The notes beneath the pieces were generated by a model, which made no database searches, had not been told where the DNA came from, and saw nothing but the letters and a program-made list of their open reading frames with translations. A program made the translations under genes and the position numbers. Positions 40,290-53,428 of a stretch of 64,000 bases of DNA are shown in pieces (positions within the stretch are counted from its first letter, which is position 1; every line of letters starts with the position of its first letter). Where the stretch lies: NCBI GenBank assembly GCA_951406725.2, contig OX597821.1:81592001-81656000 (forward strand), given 5' to 3'. This DNA comes from Octopus vulgaris. Taxonomy: Eukaryota.

Positions 40290-40377
40290 GTGGGCACATA
40301 AGATGAACCCATTTCATCGGGTATTAGAAGAGATACCTTCCGATACCTGATGAGATGGGTTTGTCCTATGCACCCAC
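40290..40377. repeat. 88-bp hairpin with 41-bp arms
   Basis: gtgggcacataagatgaacccatttcatcgggtattagaag / cttccgatacctgatgagatgggtttgtcctatgcacccac; all mismatches are transitions. Confidence 0.85.
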
Positions 40378-41872
40378 TTTCAGTCAAATGGAACTGAGTC
40401 AAACTGTTATTAGCACACACACACATATATATCAACTAGAAAGATGAGAGATAGAGAGTATGCAAAGGGAAAAGAAGGATGAGAGAGAATAAGGAACAAA
40501 AGTGAGAAAGAAGAGAGAGAAAGAGGAGATCGGTAAAAGATTACAAAAAGTAATTCCAGTTTTATCAGATATACCAGCTGCAATCTGAGACATTGAAGTG
40601 GAAGATCACATTTCCAATAAAATGCTGAAAGAGCTTCTTTACTTTTGCACTGGATCACCAGCTTAGTTTTCACTTGATAGACATTAATTAACTTCATAAA
40701 CTAACAGTCAGTCTCATAGACAATTTGTTATCTAGATAAATAATTAATAAACTTAGTTAACTAACTAAGCAGTCACAGATGTGCTGGAGTAGCTAACATC
40801 CTGAGCAATGATGATGTAGCGACTAAGAATGGCCAATTGTGCTAGAAGTAGTTGGACAGGCTTGCTACTTTGGACACCTTAATTATTGTGTTGAAGGCAG
40901 ATCTCATAGCAGCATATGAGTAGTGGGAATATAAAGAAGAGAGGAGAAAATAATGGCAAGAATAGAAACAACAATAAATAAATTGGAAAAGGGAAGAAAA
41001 AAGCAAAATAGAAAGTATATTTATTATCAATTATAATTTCAAAGAAGTCTTAGTTTGAGAGCTGCAAGTGCACACACACAAACGCACAATGAATTACAAA
41101 TAAGCATAACATGCTTGTAGTCATTCTTTGAACATGCAAGGTATCATAAACATTATAAAAAAAACCTACTGATAAGAACATGCAAAATACCACATGAAAC
41201 TTTAAACATTCTTTGAAAACAGATGACATTCTCCATGTAGAATTCTTTATCTTGGATCAAGTACTGGAACTTTGTTATTCGCTTTTAATGTCCTGCACCA
41301 AATAATAGCTGATCTATTCCAATCCTCAAAATTGCTACAGTTGTTTCGCTACATGTCGGTCCAGATCAAACACATTCATGATCAAAAGACTTTCAGTTAA
41401 AACCATTCCATCTTTTGAGTGGAATTTAGGACAACATTATCCAATGGATCTTTCTGATTTTAAGACAGCAAAAGCCTTGAGTCAAGTGAAATTTGATAGT
41501 AGTCAAATATCTGCTATTTCTAGCAAGTTAAGTGCCTATAGAGAGCGTCCCTTGTCAACTCTTAACCCTTTTGTTACCATGTTTCTCTTGAAATAATGCT
41601 GCTTTTATTTCAATTAATTTGGAAAATAATGAAGAATTTGGTCAAAGAATTTTGTCAGTATTAAGCTGGTGTTTGAAACAAAAATGTAATTTTGAAAGTG
41701 GTAATTAATTCAGATCACTAAACAGGAAATTTGAGCCAGTGGTAGCCTAGAGCAAGTTAGTATCAAAAGAATTAAGTCAATCTGAATTGGTAGAGTAACA
41801 GAAACATGAAGCTCTCTGGCTTTTAATACTAAAAGAAACCGAGAGTTGTACTATTTATATATATATATATAC

Positions 41873-42235
41873 ATCATCATCATCATTTAACGTCCGCTTT
41901 CCATGCTAGCATGGGTTGGATGGTTCAACTGGGGTCTGGCAAACCAGATGGCTGCACCAGGCTCCAGTCTTGATCTGGTAGAGTTTCTACAGCTGGATGC
42001 CCTTCCTAATGCCAACCACTCTGAGAGTGTAGTGGGTGCTTTTATGTGTCACTGGCACAAGGGCCAGTCAGGCAGTACTGGCAATGGCCACGCTCAAATG
42101 GTGTATTTTATGTGCCAACTGCACAGGAGCCAGTCTAGCGGTACGGGCAACGACCTCGCTCAAATGTTTTTTCATGTGCCACCAGCATAAGTGCCAGTGA
42201 GGCGACACGGGTAACAATCACGCGGCGACGTGGGT
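41873..42235 (-). mobile_element. Retroposon 3' end with (GAT)n tail, possibly RTE-related (copies near 895, 1328, 27697, 44430, 45510, 52150, 56340; opposite orientation at 28755, 52990, 60960)
   Basis: Recurrent (cat)n-ttaacgtccgctttccatgctagcatgggttgga...ctggatgcccttcctaatgccaaccac. The clade assignment is inference. Confidence 0.7.
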
Positions 42236-43307
42236 ATATAATTATTATAAGCAACAGAAGTGAAATAAAATGATACCAACAGGAATCATTTTATTTCACT
42301 TATATTTGCTATCACAGTTCACCGTAAGATATCAACAATGTAGCAGTGAGTAAAATCTGAGTGGGAGGTGGTAGTGGTGGGGTCTGCACACACCAAACAG
42401 TTTCTTATATAAGTGACTATAGAAAGTTGAGAGACTCCAGTCAACTGAGACTGTCCCTCAAAGAATGTTTGGCTTAAGTATTCCTCTCTGGGTGGGACAC
42501 GGTCCATTGCACCATGATTCATTCCTATCAGCATGTGTCTCCACATCAATCCATGCAATTAGTAGGCAGAACTCCCTCAAAGAATGTTTAAAATCTAAAA
42601 ACAACAAGCAAAAATTTCAGTTGACAGAAATTTTTGAACCATAATTTCTGAACAAGATAATACAGATTAGAGCTGATCAGGTGGAAGCAATGGAGATGTA
42701 TTTTGTGACTGCATCAAGGAAGAAGTATATTCTACACAGTATATACCACACTAAGCTCCATTGTCTGTTTTGGCATAATTACTACAGCTGGATGTCCCTC
42801 TTAATGTCAACCACTTTACAGAGAGTACTGGGTGCTTTTCATGTGGCACTAGCAGCAGTGCTTTCCATGTGGTAATGGTCATGCTTTAGAATTAGGTGAA
42901 AATAATAATGTGGAATATTCATGCACTTTCTAAGGGAAATTAGGAAAAGTGAAGCCATGCTTGGTACCTCTTTACTTAAATTTAAAATTTAGAATTTACA
43001 TTTCTACATTTAGAAACAGCTATTTCTCCTCCAGTTCTTCCTCTGACTGTTAAATGGTGGGGTACTTCCATTGAAAGAAATCAAGGACAATGGGAGGGTT
43101 AGAGAGAAGAAGAGAGAAAGAGAGAACAGTGTGGAAGGCATACAGTGAAAAACAACAGAGTGGGAGAGGGAGTTAGCAAAAGAATGAGAGGAAGGGTGGG
43201 TAAAATGAGGAGGAAAAGAAAGAGAGGTGGAGTTTGAAGGGGAGGGAGTGAATAGGGTGAGAGGGAAAAGCAGGAGGAGAAAAAAAGCAAACAAGACACA
43301 GCACTAC

Positions 43308-43514
43308 CGTAAGAGGAGGATATACCCGAATCCATACTAGAATCATGCACAGATCCGTTGATGCCATTGACGTATGTAGTACTAGTAGTTGTAGTGGATT
43401 CCATTCGCCTCTTGTTGACTGTAGCATAGAGACTGCCATCTAGTGGACCTTCAGAGTGCTGGATACTTTCATTGATGTTCACTGTGCTATCTAGACCATT
43501 AGCATTGACATCAG
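43308..43514 (-). CDS. TNS: Tensin-like gene, internal coding exon A (207 nt, phase 1-1): ADVNANGLDSTVNINESIQHSEGPLDGSLYATVNKRRMES...DSGISSSY
   Basis: Polypyrimidine tract with acceptor ttccag|CTGAT and donor TACG|gtagtg. HSEGPLDGSLYATVNK matches the tensin motif recalled from vertebrate TNS1 (HTQGPLDGSLYAKVKK), which follows the C2 domain, and a DSG motif follows it. Phase fits exon B. Confidence 0.85.
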
Positions 43515-43679
43515 CTGGAATGAGGGAGAGAAGAGAAAGATGTGACAGCAACAAGAGAGAGAGAAGATTTAGCAATGACAGAACAAATCACACAACATGT
43601 TTCTATTCGCCCATCCTGTTTCTACCTGTCATTAACTGTATGGGTCTCAGATTTTCATTTGGGCCTAATACAGTAAGGT

Positions 43680-44055
43680 GCAAGTACAGCTGTGTGGTTA
43701 AGAAGCTTGTTTTCTAACCATGTGGTCTTGGGTTCAGTCCCACAGCACAGTACTCCAGGCAAGTGTCTTCTACTATAGCCTTGAGCTGTACAAAGCTTTG
43801 TGAGTTGATTTGGTAGATGGGAACTGGAAGAAGATTGTTGTGTGTGTGTTCTCTTGTCTTCACATCATATGATGGTTATAAATAAGTATCATCATCATCA
43901 TATTGCCTGTCGTCAGAGAAAATCATGTCTAAACATGGGAAACAAGTGAGGGTTGGTGACAGGAAAGGCATCTGGCTAGAGGAAAATCTGCTTCAACAAA
44001 ATTCTGTCTGATTCATGCAAGTATGGAAAAGTGGACATTAAAGAATGATGAAGAT
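43680..44055 (+). mobile_element. SINE with a family-A head and a different body ending in (GAT)n (also 10441-11166, 27895-29140, and minus copies at 33900-34290, 51350-51705)
   Basis: Shared tRNA-like head, then ggttggtgacaggaa(a/g)ggcatc ... ggaaaagtggacattaaa-gatgatg. Confidence 0.7.
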
Positions 44056-46298
44056 ATTGGCCAAGGTCCTCTTTATATTTATGTGATATGGGAAGTGGGT
44101 GAAAAGACATGAATGAAAGCTCAGGTTATCACAAATTCATAGAATTGTCATCATTTTAATATCCACTTTTTCATGCTTGCCTGGGTCAGACAGAGTTTAT
44201 TGAGGCAGATTTTCTACAACCAGATGTTCTTCCTGTCCCCACCCATAACTATCTCCAAGGAAGGCAATATTTTTTCATGGTCAGATGTGTTTTCACAGAG
44301 TATTGGAAACGACACTGCTTGTATAATAGTAATACTCATTTACAACTACCACGCAATGTCAGGACAAGGAGATACAAATACACACACACTATCTCTATCT
44401 CTTTCTTTCTTTCACACACACACACAGTATCATTTAACGTCCATTGTCCAAGCTGGCATGGGCTGGATGGTTTGATTGGGCTGGCACACTGGAAGGCTGC
44501 AACAGACTCCAGTCTGATTTGGCATGGTTTTCTATCGCTGGATGGCCTTCCTAAAGCCAACCACTCTGAGAGTGTAATGGGTGCTTTTATGTGCCACTGA
44601 CATGGATGCCATTTGCATGACACTGGTGTGCATTTACGTGCCACTGGCACAGGTGCCATTTCTGTGACATCGGTATCTGCCACAACTGCAATTTTGCTTG
44701 GCTTCATGGGTCTTCTTCTCAAGCACAACATAATACCAAAGGTCTGGTTTATTGCCTCCATGAGGCCTATGTATACATATACACATGATATGCTTTTTCA
44801 GTTTTGGATGGCCTGGGGCTGTAGTAGAAAACACTTGCCCAAAGTGCCACACAGTAGGACTGAACCAAAAACCATGTGGTTGGGAAGCAAGCATCTTAAC
44901 CACACAGCAACGCTTATGCCTGACATGTCTAAAGTAAAATGGTTCCAATTAGGAACTGAAACTTGGAATAGGAACTTGGCTAATTTGTTGGATATTTATC
45001 TGAATGATGTCATAAATGTCAAGAAAAGTGGGAATATAAGATTTTGATAGCAATGGCATACAACTAATAGATTTAACACTTTTGTTACCATGTTTTTCGT
45101 GGAATGCATGTGTGAGTGTGTTACAATGAAATTCTAAAAATAAAGATTTTGGTGGGATTTAGCAAATTAACTTAACGACTAATTAAGCTGGTGTTTGGAA
45201 CATCATTTATGAGAAGGTCCTTTCATGAGATTATGAGAGGTTATAATATAAATATGACCATTTTTATGATGGAAAGTTTTATGTCACAGAACTAAAGGTC
45301 ATTTCAGGTGGGTTGTATTTGAAAGGGTTAAAACCCATTCTAATAGTGCCCAAAACAAATAAAAGAAGGAATGCAGCATGTTGGTGAGAGAAATGTGAAA
45401 ATTCATCAGAAATAGGTATTATACATTATATGCATTTGTACATAATACACACTCATACACATATACACACACACATATATATATATACACACACATGCAG
45501 TCGTCGTCGTCATCATCATCATTGTCATCATTATTCTTATTTGATATCTACATTCCATGCTAGCATGGGTGGGATGGTTTGACAGGATCTGAAGGGTCCG
45601 AGGACTTCATTGCTCCCTAATTGTCTGCTTTGGCATGATTTCTATGACTTGATGCCCTTCTTAATGCCAACCCATTTTTACAGAGTGTACTGGGTGCTTT
45701 TTTCATGCCACCAACAATAGTGAGATTGTCATGCCACTCACAAAATGATGAGCACTGAGGGAGTAGGGGTCGACTTCATGCTGGGTGGAGGGGGTGATTG
45801 TTGGAGGTAAGGCAGGTTCTTGTAGTGGAGGTGCATGGCTACTTACATTTAGAATAGAGGGGGTGGGGATGATCAGTAAGAGCAGCCAAGAGGTAAATAG
45901 CCGTGATGGGGTGCCCAGGTGGTCCCTCAAATCACAATCTATTCGTTATTTGTGTCAGATTAACAATCTTGGAATCTGATTACATATTTCACTCTCAGAT
46001 TACGATCTATTATTAATCACAATCTTCAGGTCAGTTCTGATTCAGCTGGTCATTGTCATCATCTTCATCTTCATCATTACTATTGGACAAGACTGAATTA
46101 CCAGAATTATCAGCAGACCAGACAAAATGCTTTGTGGCATTTCATCTGTCTTTACGTTCTGAGTTCAAATTCTGCCAAAGTTGACTTTGCCTTTCATCCT
46201 TTCGGTGCTGATAAAAGTACCATTTGAGCACTGGATTTGATGTCACTGACTTGCTCCCTCCACACAAAATTTCAGGCCTTGTGCCTATAGCAAACTGG

Positions 46299-46329
<31 letters not shown>

Positions 46330-46656
46330 GAAAATACCTATAACCATCCAATTTGTTTCTAGATATAGGATATCTAGGACTATTATCTATTTCCAATTTT
46401 TGAGTTCGTAGGTTGTAATCCGAGGGAGATATGGTTGCTATTTCTAGCATGTGGAGTGACCACATAGATGTTGGCTCATTGTTGTTATTTTCATTCTTTT
46501 AGTTAAAAAAACTATGCAAATAGCTTCTGTTACAGTGATTTGTATTTGTCAGCTTTCTTTGTCTTTGTGCAAGAAGAAATCAGAATGTTGTCAACTAAAT
46601 GTTGAAAAGGATGTAAAACATTGGAAGAAATGACACAACAATTAATAGATACAGAG

Positions 46657-47045
46657 CGTAGGAGTGGCTGTGTGGTAAGTAGCTTGCTTACCAACCACAT
46701 GGTTCTGGGTTCAGTCCCACTGCATGGCACTTTGAGCAAGTGTCTTCTATTATAGCCTCGGGCTGACCAAAGCCTTGTGAGAGGATTTGGTAGACGGAAA
46801 CTGAAAGAAGCCCATCGTATGTGTGTATATGTTTGTGTGTCTGTGTTTGTCCCCCCAACATCGTTTGACAACTGATGCTGGTGTGTTTACGTCTCCGTAA
46901 CTTAGTGGTTCGGCAAAAGAGACCGATATAGTAAGTACTAAGCTTACAAAGAATAAGTCCTGGAGTCAGTTTGCTCAACTAAAGGCGGTGCTCCAGCATG
47001 GCCACAGTCAAATGATTAAAACAAGTAAAAGAGTAAAGAGCAAGA
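46657..47045 (+). mobile_element. SINE family A, full length
   Basis: Highly similar to 23405-23800 along its length. Confidence 0.88.
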
Positions 47046-48204
47046 GTATTTAAGACTTTTGCGATATTTAATCATCAAACGCCATCCTTCAAAAATTCTG
47101 GCAATTACATATAGAAAGTGACAAGACTATAGATTGAGCCATTTAAAGAATTTTATAGAAGTATGGAATAAAACAATATGGAATTAACCATTTTGTTGCC
47201 ATACACTACGCTTGTTTCAATTAATTTTGAACATAAAGAAAAATTCCCTAAAATAACTGTCATAATCATGCTAGTGTTTGGAACAAAGTATGGCCGCGGC
47301 CTTCGGGCTAAAACATTTTTAAGGATTTAAGGATTTAAGGAAGGTTTAAATTTGGATGAATTTAAAATGAGAAAGTTTGTGGCATAGACCCAGGGGCAGT
47401 CTCAGCCAGATTTGTATAAGAATTAAGAGCAAATCTATCAATTTATAGTACTGGGAATAAAATTTTGGTAAATAGTGTGGCAGGATGACAGGGAAAAAGT
47501 AATGGAAATTTCAACTCCAAAGTGATGGTTGATGGGACTGGAGGGGGTGTGTCATTTATCTTTTAGGTTTTACTTGTCTCAAGCATTGGACAGTGGCTAA
47601 GCAGGGGGACCATATTGAAGGGTTTAGTCAAACAAATAAATCCCAGTGCTCATTTTTAAGTCTGGTAGTTAGTCTTTCGGTCTCTTTTGGCAAATCACTA
47701 AGTTATGGGGACATAAACAAACTAACACTTGTCAAACAGAAGAGGTGGTTGACAAACACAGTAGGCTCAACACAATTTCTATCTACCAGATCCACTCATA
47801 AAACATTGGATTGCCCAGGGTACCATTCAGTGGAACTGAACCCAAAGCCATGTGGCTGCAAAGCTAGCTTCTTAACAACACAGCCATTCCTGCAACTAGA
47901 TTTAGTTCACCCGAATGGTTAAAGCCAGCAGCAGAACTAGCTGAGAAGATAATGAACAAAAGACTTACCATTTGTGCTGGATTCTATTAAATTATTGAAA
48001 TTTCCATAAGAGTCTGAACGAATAAGACCATCACCACCATCATCAACTGGTACTTTCACATACGAGTCAAATCCACTAACTGAAAATAGAAAATGACATA
48101 ATTAATGTAAGTCAAAGTAGTTAATTACGGAGATGTACTTGCATAGCAAGTGACCTGATCTGAGATCGTGTGCTGGAACGAAAACAATTGCAGCATGGAA
48201 GGTG

Positions 48205-48448
48205 TTTATAAGCCATTTAAGAAACACATAAATTCTATTAGATTCACTTCAACATTTGAATTTAATTTGTCAAAATATTTTTGTCACTTTGAGGCTGCAA
48301 CCTGTTCACTGACAAAATTTTGTGCTGCACAGAATTTTGTCAGTGAACAGGTCGCAGCCTCAAAGCGACGAAAATATTTTGGCAAATTAAATTTAAATGT
48401 TGAAGTGAATCTAACGCTTTTTTGTGTGTTTCTGAAATGGCTTATAAA
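48205..48448. repeat. ~244-bp palindrome (foldback element)
   Basis: tttataagccattt...cctgttcactgacaaaattttgtgc-t-gcacagaattttgtcagtgaacagg...aaatggcttataaa. Confidence 0.9.
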
Positions 48449-48838
48449 GTAGTTAATCTTTTGTCATAATTATTATCATAATCACCAAATTAAACTGCAG
48501 TAGTCATTGTGTGAAGTAATGGCTTTTAGTATAGCATCTGCACAGAATAAACTGGGCAGTTCACTGCATGTTACATATAGGGAGTTGAGAACGATAATAA
48601 AGATATGGGTCATAGTTATATATAAGGCTTCACTACAAGATCTGGTCCTCATTGCAGTGTGGTGGCTTGTGTTTCTCACTGACCATGAGAACTATGCCAG
48701 CAGAATGAACAGATTAAAGGATAGAGACCAAACTAATATGGACCATTTCTTCTTAGAGATAAAAATGGGTTTGCATAAGGCCACCACTCCCTACCTAGTA
48801 AAAAAGCACAATTACAGAAGCATCTGCGACAATTTTGA

Positions 48839-49060
48839 CCCTTTAGCATTTAAACCGGCTATATCCAGCTCAAATATTCTTTTTTTTTTTTACATTCAGA
48901 TAAGCTAGATTTGGCCTCTCACACCAATCCTACAATGTTAATCTAAAAATAAACAATCATGTCCTCAAAATCTCAAGGCTACAAGATAAAATGTGGTTAA
49001 TTGAAAACAAAGTGAATAAATAAGCTTTACATTTGGCAGAGAAATTTGAATGGTAAAGGG
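48839..49060. mobile_element. piggyBac-like MITE, second family
   Basis: ccctttagca ... ggtaaaggg-ttaa; internal similarity to 36849-37060. Confidence 0.75.
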
Positions 49061-49608
49061 TTAAACTAACAAGACCAGAAGGAGAAAGGCTTTCCCTCGG
49101 GGAAACATATGAACCTATAAGGGTATGGAAGAAAGGAGACCCTAAAATTAGCTGGAGGCAGGATACTGAGATAGAGCTCACAAAGCAAATATCCAACTGG
49201 GAAGTAGAAAGTACAGGCCTAGATTTGGGAACAGTGGAAATAAACTGTTGATTGCCTATGCACCACAGGGAGCCAAAAGCTTAAGGAAGCATATATAAGG
49301 TCCTTTTCAAACAGATTCTAGCCACTTTGTCTCAGTAAGGTTTCAAATTAATGATGGGCGCTTGTATTTTATTTACTCAGCTGTTCTCTATTGTTGATGC
49401 AACCATTTGTAATGGGGATAATGATTCTGGTTAAGGTATGCCAACTGATCCAATGGTTTGTCTAAAGTGCAGAGTCTGCCACTGTCATAGTTTTGTGGCT
49501 TTGAGAAAGGTATCTTGCCTTGCGTTATCCAGTTTGCTTAAAGAACAGGATCCATTTCTTTTTCACAGATATGTGATTAAATGTATGTGTGAGTTTATAC
49601 ACACACAC

Positions 49609-49646
<38 letters not shown>

Positions 49647-49970
49647 CATCCATTTGTAAGAACAGTTTAAAACATTGCAACAATTATAATGTATGTGCCA
49701 TCCTACCCATGGAAAATTAGATGTAAAAAAAACAAACAAAAAAAACCCCAGCAACCTCCTCCACTCCAAGCAAACTATTGTTATTATAACAAGTAGTATT
49801 ATTATAACTAGTATACTAATGACATAATTTCTTGACTTCAGAAGTTTGTTAATAATGAAAACATGATGAACAAACTTTAACAACTCTTATTAAGAAATAA
49901 GATTTTAATGATGGCTTTTTGGTATAGAACAAGTGAGACACTAGATATACACATTATACATACACACAAA

Positions 49971-50017
49971 CTTAATGACTGAATCTCCTTTGCTCCATAG
50001 GAGATTCAGTCATTAAG
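49971..50017. repeat. Perfect 19-bp inverted repeat with 9-nt loop
   Basis: cttaatgactgaatctcct-ttgctccat-aggagattcagtcattaag. Confidence 0.9.
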
Positions 50018-50795
50018 CACCAAACTAAGGAAATGTAAATTGTATAGTCAAAAATTGCCTCAGTTTTTGATGATGGGCGTTTACGAGTTATTATCCGTGT
50101 TGTATCAGTTATATATTTAGGATATTTGGCTGGAAGAGGTCAGTGGATAGAGTATGGAGAGAATGGTGGGTGGATAATGCTTTGAGTATTTTGTATATTT
50201 TAGTTACTGAAATTATTTCGCCTTATATCAATCAATGAAATGCTGCCATCCATACCACTGCTACCACCCATACTGGTATAGGTTAGACAAGCCATTCTCA
50301 ACTGGGGTTCATATAACCTTTGCAGGGTCCATACAAGATTTTGCAGTTAAAGCTTATGAGCAATAATCTGGTTATGCTTCTATAATACACAAAATATTTT
50401 AACGATTTTTTTAATACGATTCTCAATAATATTTAATTATAAAAATACAGTAGGACCTTTTTTTTTAAACATCAAATAGCTATGGGGTTGGGGGAGCAGT
50501 AGAGCAAAATAGGAATTAAAGGGGACTATATGTTTGTGTGACTATGGAGTACTCAGTCACTTGCACAGGAATTTCACAAACAAGCTCTTTCACTGATTGA
50601 ATCTAATGGAACATTAGTTATTGTAACTGATGGAGTGTCAGGCCATTCTGTAGCTGCCTTAAAAAGACATGTGATGTATAGAAGCTTAGATTTTTGTAAA
50701 TATGAGATGATGACATTACTGTGATGTATAGCATCAAATGATGTTTTCTGATGCTACCTGAGAGTAACGGAGAAAATGGTTAATTTGATGAAGCT

Positions 50796-51175
50796 ACTCT
50801 TTACTCTCTTTTACTTGTTTCAGTCATTTGATTGCGTCCATGCTGGAGCATCGCCTTTAGTTGAGCAAAGGACTTATTCTTTGTAAGCCTAGTACTTATT
50901 CTATCGGTCTCTTTTGCTGAACCACTAAGTTATGGGGATGTAAACACACCAGCATCGGTTGTCAAGCGATGTTGGGGGGACAAACACACATATATATATA
51001 TACATATATATGATGGGCTTCTTTTAATTTCTGTCTACCAAATCAGCTCACAAGGCTTTGGTCGGCCCGAGGCTATAGTAGAAGACACTTGCCCAAGGTG
51101 TCACGCAGTGGGACTGAACCCGAAACCATGTGGTTGGTAAGCAAGCTACTTACCACACAGCCACTCCTGTGCCTA
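50796..51175 (-). mobile_element. SINE family A, full length, reverse orientation
   Basis: Reverse complement of 46657-47045. Confidence 0.88.
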
Positions 51176-52490
51176 TAAAGTTGTTTACCTTGTTTTTCTA
51201 GAGTCAGGATTTTAATTTCTGTATAACTGTTGTAGAGTGTTTAAGTGCTTAGCATGTAGCTATGATAGTGATATCTTCAATGTAAGACATTGTGTGTGAT
51301 TTATCAGAAGGCTGAATGTCATAGCCACCCACATCATCATCGTCATAATCATCATTGTCATCATTTAATGTCCACTTTTCTGTTGCTTGCATGCATCAGA
51401 CAAAATATATTGAGGCAGGTTTTTTTATAGGTGGATACTCTTCCTGTAGCCAACCCTCACCTGTTTCCAAGCAAGATAATATTTCCTGTTATCAGTCAGT
51501 CGACCAGCCAGCTACTCTGCCAGCCACTCATGCATACACATTTATATGATGAACTTCTTTCGGTTTCTGTCAACCACTTATGAAGCTTTGGTTGACTTGG
51601 AGTTATAGTTGAAGACACTTACCCAAGGTGCCACACAGTGGGACTGAACCCAAAACCACATGGTTGGAAAGCAAGCTTTTCAACTGTACAGTCACATCTG
51701 TGCCTTTATATATAAATGCTCAACAAATTCAAAAGTTAGAACAGTTCTTGTATGATCTGATCTGGGAAACTGTAGATCAGAGATATTTGATGTCAAAAGA
51801 TAGGTAAACCTGATGTCCTTGAAAAGTAATTATCCAATTATCATACTATGTAGTTTCCAAAAGATTTTGGAAATTCAATCCAGAGTTTGGTATCAGGCAG
51901 CTGGTAATTCTATACCGGCACATCAGGAAGGTTGTAGTTGTTTACTTGACTTGCTAGAAATAGTTACCAAAATCTCCCTCAAACTTCACCCTACTATCTT
52001 AAAAATGCTTGAATGCACTTCACCAAACTAAACAGTTATTGTACAACTCACAAGCAGCACCAGAAAACATCATCTCATCTTATACATAACAATAATGTCG
52101 TCATCTCACAAATGCAGAGATTCAAAATTCTATACAACACATGTTTTCACATCATCATCATCATCATCATCATCATTTAGTGTTTGCTTTCTATGCTGGC
52201 ATGGGTTAGATGGTTTGACTGAAACTGGATAGCTGGAGGGCTGCAACAGGTTTGAATCTGATTTGGCATGGTTTCTACAGCTGGATACCCTTCCTAACGC
52301 CAACTGCTCTAAGCATGTAATGGATGATTTTTCTAAAAAAAAAAAACAACATATAAGTAGCTTTTACTGTTGTAAATCAATTAGTCCCCATATTAGCTCT
52401 GATTAAGCAGACAGCAAAGGCATTTAAATTGAGACCCATTTTATAATTTAAAGGATAATGTGAGCTGAAGAAAATTTAGCTGTTATTTCT

Positions 52491-52719
52491 TATTTCTTTA
52501 CTGCCCACAAGGAGCTACACGCAGAGGGGACAAACAAGGACAGACAAACGGATTAAGTCGATTATATCGACCCCAGTAACTGGTACTTATTTAATCGAAC
52601 ATGAAAGGATGAAAGGCAAATTCGAACTCGGCAGAATTTGAACTCAGAACATAGCAGCAGACAAAATACCACTAAGCATTTTGCCCAGCGTGCTAACGAT
52701 TCTGCCAGCTAACTGCCTT
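52491..52719 (-). mobile_element. SINE family B (other copies near 11520-11890, 18550-18755, 22315-22525, 46120-46295, 55765-55950, 59805-59985, 61905-62100)
   Basis: Reverse complement of the 14874 element; TSD atttag(c/t)tgttatttct on both sides. Confidence 0.85.
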
Positions 52720-53378
52720 ATTTAGTTGTTATTTCTAGCAGGTTGGACAGCCACATAGACACCCCTATTGACTTGTTGAAGATCGTAGTGATGGTTTTGT
52801 ATGTGAAATTGGTTTATCAAATGATTAGTATTTTTGAAGATGATGAGATAACTAGAGATTGAGGCTTGTGGTAGTTTGAGGAAACATGTCAAGTTAAGTA
52901 AAATCGTGGCCATCCATACATATAAGCATGTCCTTTATGGCCATACCCTCCCACTCCATCTCCCATCTAAGAAGGTCTTTGTTTTGCAGGTGCTGATGGC
53001 ATGTAAAAAGCACCCAGCACACACTGTAAAGTGGCTGGCATTAGGAAGGGCATCCAGCCATAGAAACCATGCCCAAACAGACAATTGGTGCTTGGACAGC
53101 TCTCCGGCTGTCTTACTCAAACCGTCTAACCCATGACAGCATTGAAAAATGGACATTAAACAATGATGATGATAATTGATGATGGTGTCAATGTATATGA
53201 CAGGGTTGTTACTATGGTCACTATTATTGCTGCTGTTGTTGTTGTTAGTATAAATGACAGTGTTGGCGTTAAATGAGTGGTTGTTAGTTAAAAGGGAGAT
53301 GCCAACAATACAGAAAACAAAAACTAATGCTAACAGCACTAACAACAGGGTAGGACATACAGTGCCAAGAGGTAGGTG

Positions 53379-53428
<50 letters not shown>

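Noticed and set aside
40340-40360. CTGATGA as a hammerhead or C/D-box motif in the 88-bp hairpin
   Set aside because: No downstream GAAA/NUH in the right geometry; the motif is buried in the stem.
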